Shown: piece by piece, positions 60,915 through 64,000 of the stretch
Numbering within the stretch: the first letter of the stretch is position 1
Layout: every line of letters starts with the position of its first letter
From: Phaeosaccion multiseriatum
Lineage: Eukaryota; Protista; Ochrophyta, other classes
DNA length: 64,000 bases
Direction of reading: 5' to 3'
Assembly (NCBI GenBank): GCA_965112735.1
Contig: OZ218964.1
Coordinates: 1,922,001 to 1,986,000, forward strand
Notes under the pieces: generated by a model
What the model was told of the DNA's origin: nothing
Seen by the model: the letters and a program-made list of their open reading frames with translations, nothing else
The model's database searches: none
Position numbers and translations under genes: made by a program

Positions 60915-62954
60915 GTGGACGTGGAGATCTCACGAAAAGCGAACGAAATGTTTGAGCAGAAGAGACGAAAAGCCATTATTCCAGTCGCATCACCTTTGGA
61001 AGGAGGAAGGGAAGAAGAAGACGCCATGATGTGTGCATTTCGAAGCACCGGACACTCGCACGAGGCGACGCGCTGCCGCAGCATCCGTAGAGGAAAGAGT
61101 AGAGGGCGCATCAAGCTCAAGAAGGAGTGCAGGCGGGTCGTCAAGTCGGGGAGCTGATTGCGGGCGGTCGTCAAGTCGGGGAGCTCAGTTCGATTGCGAG
61201 GACGAGAACACACGACGACTACAGAGGACGTCCAAGTGGGGGGGAGGGAGGGGGAGTGGGAGAGGACGAGGAGGACAGCAGCAGGTGGGGGAGAGGGGAT
61301 GAAGATAATGATGAAGTAGGGGGCGCGCGCGAGAACGATGGGTGTTTCGGATAGCGACGTCTCGTCGCAAGGCAACTACGATAAATACAGGAGCGACAGT
61401 AGTGGGTATGGCAGTCCTAAGCCTTAGAGGGACAGCAGTGATGGGGGGGGGGAGCAGTGATGGTGGGGGCATGATGTTTCGGATGTGGACTTTCCTGACG
61501 ACGACGACGATGTTCGTACTCTCGCTCAAGTGCTCGTCCTCCAAGGCCTCGAAGACGACGACGACGAGCAACAACGCTTGGTGTATGAGTTCACCACGCT
61601 CTGGAATGGTATGCGCGCGCCTGCAAAGCTGGAGGCATTGAGTTGTGATGAGTGGAATGTCCCGCGGCAGTATGACCGTGCAGTTCCCCTCCCCGAGAGG
61701 ACGCGGCGGGGGGAAGAAGTATAATCAGAGTCTCGGAAAGATGCTTGCCGCGGCGTTGGTCCTTCTCTCCCCTCTGATCATGGCCCCCGCGCAGTCGCTC
61801 AGCGTTAAGAGGACGGGCAAGTACCAACAAGCTCAGAAGGACGCGAGGGATGTCATAAACAACAGTCGACTGGGGAAGTGGCACCAAAAGCCAACTTTGA
61901 CCTTGCCAAAGTCAAAGTCACTCTCATCCAAGCCGTCCAGGAGAAAGGCCAAGGCTCTGTGTCCACCAGGATGTGAGTAAGAGACCTTTGTGTGGAATGG
62001 CAACGTGTTTTCCGCAACTCACCACGTCCTCAATGTGCTTGCAACTTCTCCATGCATATGCTCCTACCCACCACCGCGCAGTTTGTGGCTCACGATCGAG
62101 CCATACGTGGCCAAGCGGCTGCCCGGTTTCCTGGAGACGCTGAGAGACAACGCTACCTTGCTGGACGTTGCCATGACGGTGATAAGGAAAGCCCTCCTCC
62201 GCTTCCAACAGCCAAGGCGAGTCAGCAGAAAGAAGGCGGCACGGGGGGCGGAGGGGGCGCGGCAAAGAGGCCAAGCAGTGGTGGCGGCAACGCACGAGGC
62301 ATAGAGAAGTCTCGGCCATCATCGTCGGCCGGGGGGACAAAGAAGGTGGCATCCTCCGCACGCAAGAAGAGAGGGAGAGAGAAGAAGGATGATGACAGTC
62401 GGGACAGTCGTGAAGGTGGGCAGAAGGGGCCGGGCACGGGGAGCGGCTCGGCAAACGGCGGAAATCGCCGATGAGTACGTGGTAGCACCACGCAAGAGAA
62501 GGAAAACGCTTGGCCTGCGGCAGCGGTCTCAAAGGCGAAGGGGGGCGGAGGCGTGTCTTCAAAGAAGAGCGGGAAGGGTGCGAGTCAGGTCAGCGGTTGA
62601 AGTGGCAGACAGCAGAGGCCGCTGCAGCAGAAGGAGGAGCAGAAGGAGGAGGGGGAGGAGGAAGGCTCAGTGACGGCGCAAGCTATGACCGGCAGCGAGT
62701 ATCAACAAGCTTTCGGTGGCACGCACCTGACCGTCCTTCGTAGCGACGACGGACGAGCGGGTGAGAGTGAGTATGGCGCGCATGGGGATGAGCATGGGCA
62801 GGAGGATGAAGACGAAGATGGCGCTCACGTGTCTGAGCAGTCAGACGACGAGCGCGACGATGACCATGACTATTCCTGCGGAGAGACAATGTCATCGTCC
62901 CAGGAGCAAAGAGAGAAGGAAGAAAGGAGGAAGAAGAGGAGGAGGAAGAGTTGA
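60915..62954 (+). pseudogene. Frameshifted, stop-interrupted coding relic of unknown family
   Basis: Protein-like segments in alternating frames (DFPDDDDDVRTLAQVLV..LVYEFTTLWNGMRAP; LWLTIEPYVAKRLPGFLETLRD), acidic and basic tracts, internal ~30-bp duplication at about 61135-61186. Confidence 0.4.
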
Positions 62955-63713
62955 GGTGAGTGGGTGGATGTTCAATAGCTACGTCGCACATCACGCGGCT
63001 TCAGCAACGAAGCCACGTACTTCGTCGCATGTATATACATACCTTACATTGCACATTCTTCTTCCTACAAGTATAGCATTACCATGCCGCAGGTCCAGCA
63101 TCACTAGCAGGACAAGGCACACGACCACCCGCCCTTTGTATGTTGCACAAAGAGGGTGGGTTGGGGCGATATGGGGGGAAGGCGGGGCAGCGGGGTTGGG
63201 GTGGGGTGGTGGGGTTAGCGACACACATGTCATGAACACGCGCGTACGCATGATGTTCGTATGTACATGCATGTCTTATGTATGTATATAGTGTATGACA
63301 CATGAGGGTGATGTGTGGAGGGGACGGACAAGTGCACGTGATGTATCAGAGAGAGGGTGCACTGGCGGCCGGCTGGGGTGCACATATGGGGGCGAAGCGG
63401 GGACACAGCAAGGACAGGGCAGTCAGAGTAGACTATATAGATCATCATGTAGAGAAGAGTGGGTGTAGAAAGAGAGAGAGAGAGACATGTATTGAAATAC
63501 TTGCTTATACCACCAAAACCTTCCTTTTGAGACCAACTTACGTGCAAAGACACTAGGAGGCTGTCATTGAGAGTACCAAGCTCTACGCACCAGAACACTC
63601 TCAGTTGAGACCCATCCATTCTATCACAGGATTCTCCGCTCCTCTTAATGAGACCCGGCCCAAGGAGCAGCCCCTTCTCAACGACGCTCTCAACAAGAGC
63701 CCCCCCAGAGGGC

Positions 63714-64000
63714 CTGGCCTCGATATGCCCTTGCTGCGCGCTACCTCAGCACAATAGGCCTAACCAACACACTATATCCCCACAACAAAGCCAAGTCGGG
63801 CATGGTGTAGTGGTCTCAAAATGCCCAATCTGGCACGTGGCTGGACCCAAAACCGGAATTTGCCAGGCATAAACAACCCAAACGAGGCAGTTGCTGGCCT
63901 TGATACGCTTGCGCCGGGCACTGGCTCTGCACAATAGGCCTAACCAACACACTACATCCCCACAACAAAGCCAAGTCGGGCATGGAATGGCCTCAAAACG
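63714..64000. repeat. 180-bp-period tandem repeat, truncated by the window end
   Basis: gcacaataggcctaaccaacacactaYatccccacaacaaagccaagtcgggcatgg at 63749 and at 63929. Confidence 0.8.

Overview
Gene-dense, intron-rich eukaryotic nuclear DNA. The source is most likely a photosynthetic, flagellated stramenopile (ochrophyte), inferred from signal peptide + 'AF/GF' bipartite plastid-targeting leaders and from ciliary genes (Tctex1D2-like, delta-tubulin, RJL). About 19 spliced protein genes were reconstructed by eye: PRORP-like PPR protein, Tctex-1 light chain, p24/GOLD, CBP/p300-like, KEA3-like K+/H+ antiporter, DDX11, amino-acid transporter, IQ protein, TPT, CaMK, FHA-RING, TUBD1, SepSecS, a large TPR/SKICH/DUF4062/STAND protein, RJL, SFT2, TMEM94, plastid parvulin and one hypothetical protein. 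There is also a U6 snRNA gene that the ORF track cannot show. The most notable unannotated structure is a set of small terminal-inverted-repeat (TIR) elements with TCG(A/G)CCC...GGG(T/C)CGA ends and 6-bp target-site duplications (TSDs), seen at three independent sites, which stack and nest in intergenic spacers. Other notable items: a TGT...ACA element with a 4-bp TSD, a 2.7-kb element with 37-bp perfect TIRs, an intronless CBP/p300 paralog that has lost catalytic residues, and a recurrent ATTGACATA motif upstream of genes. All calls are from motif recognition; no searches were run, and exon boundaries are manual.
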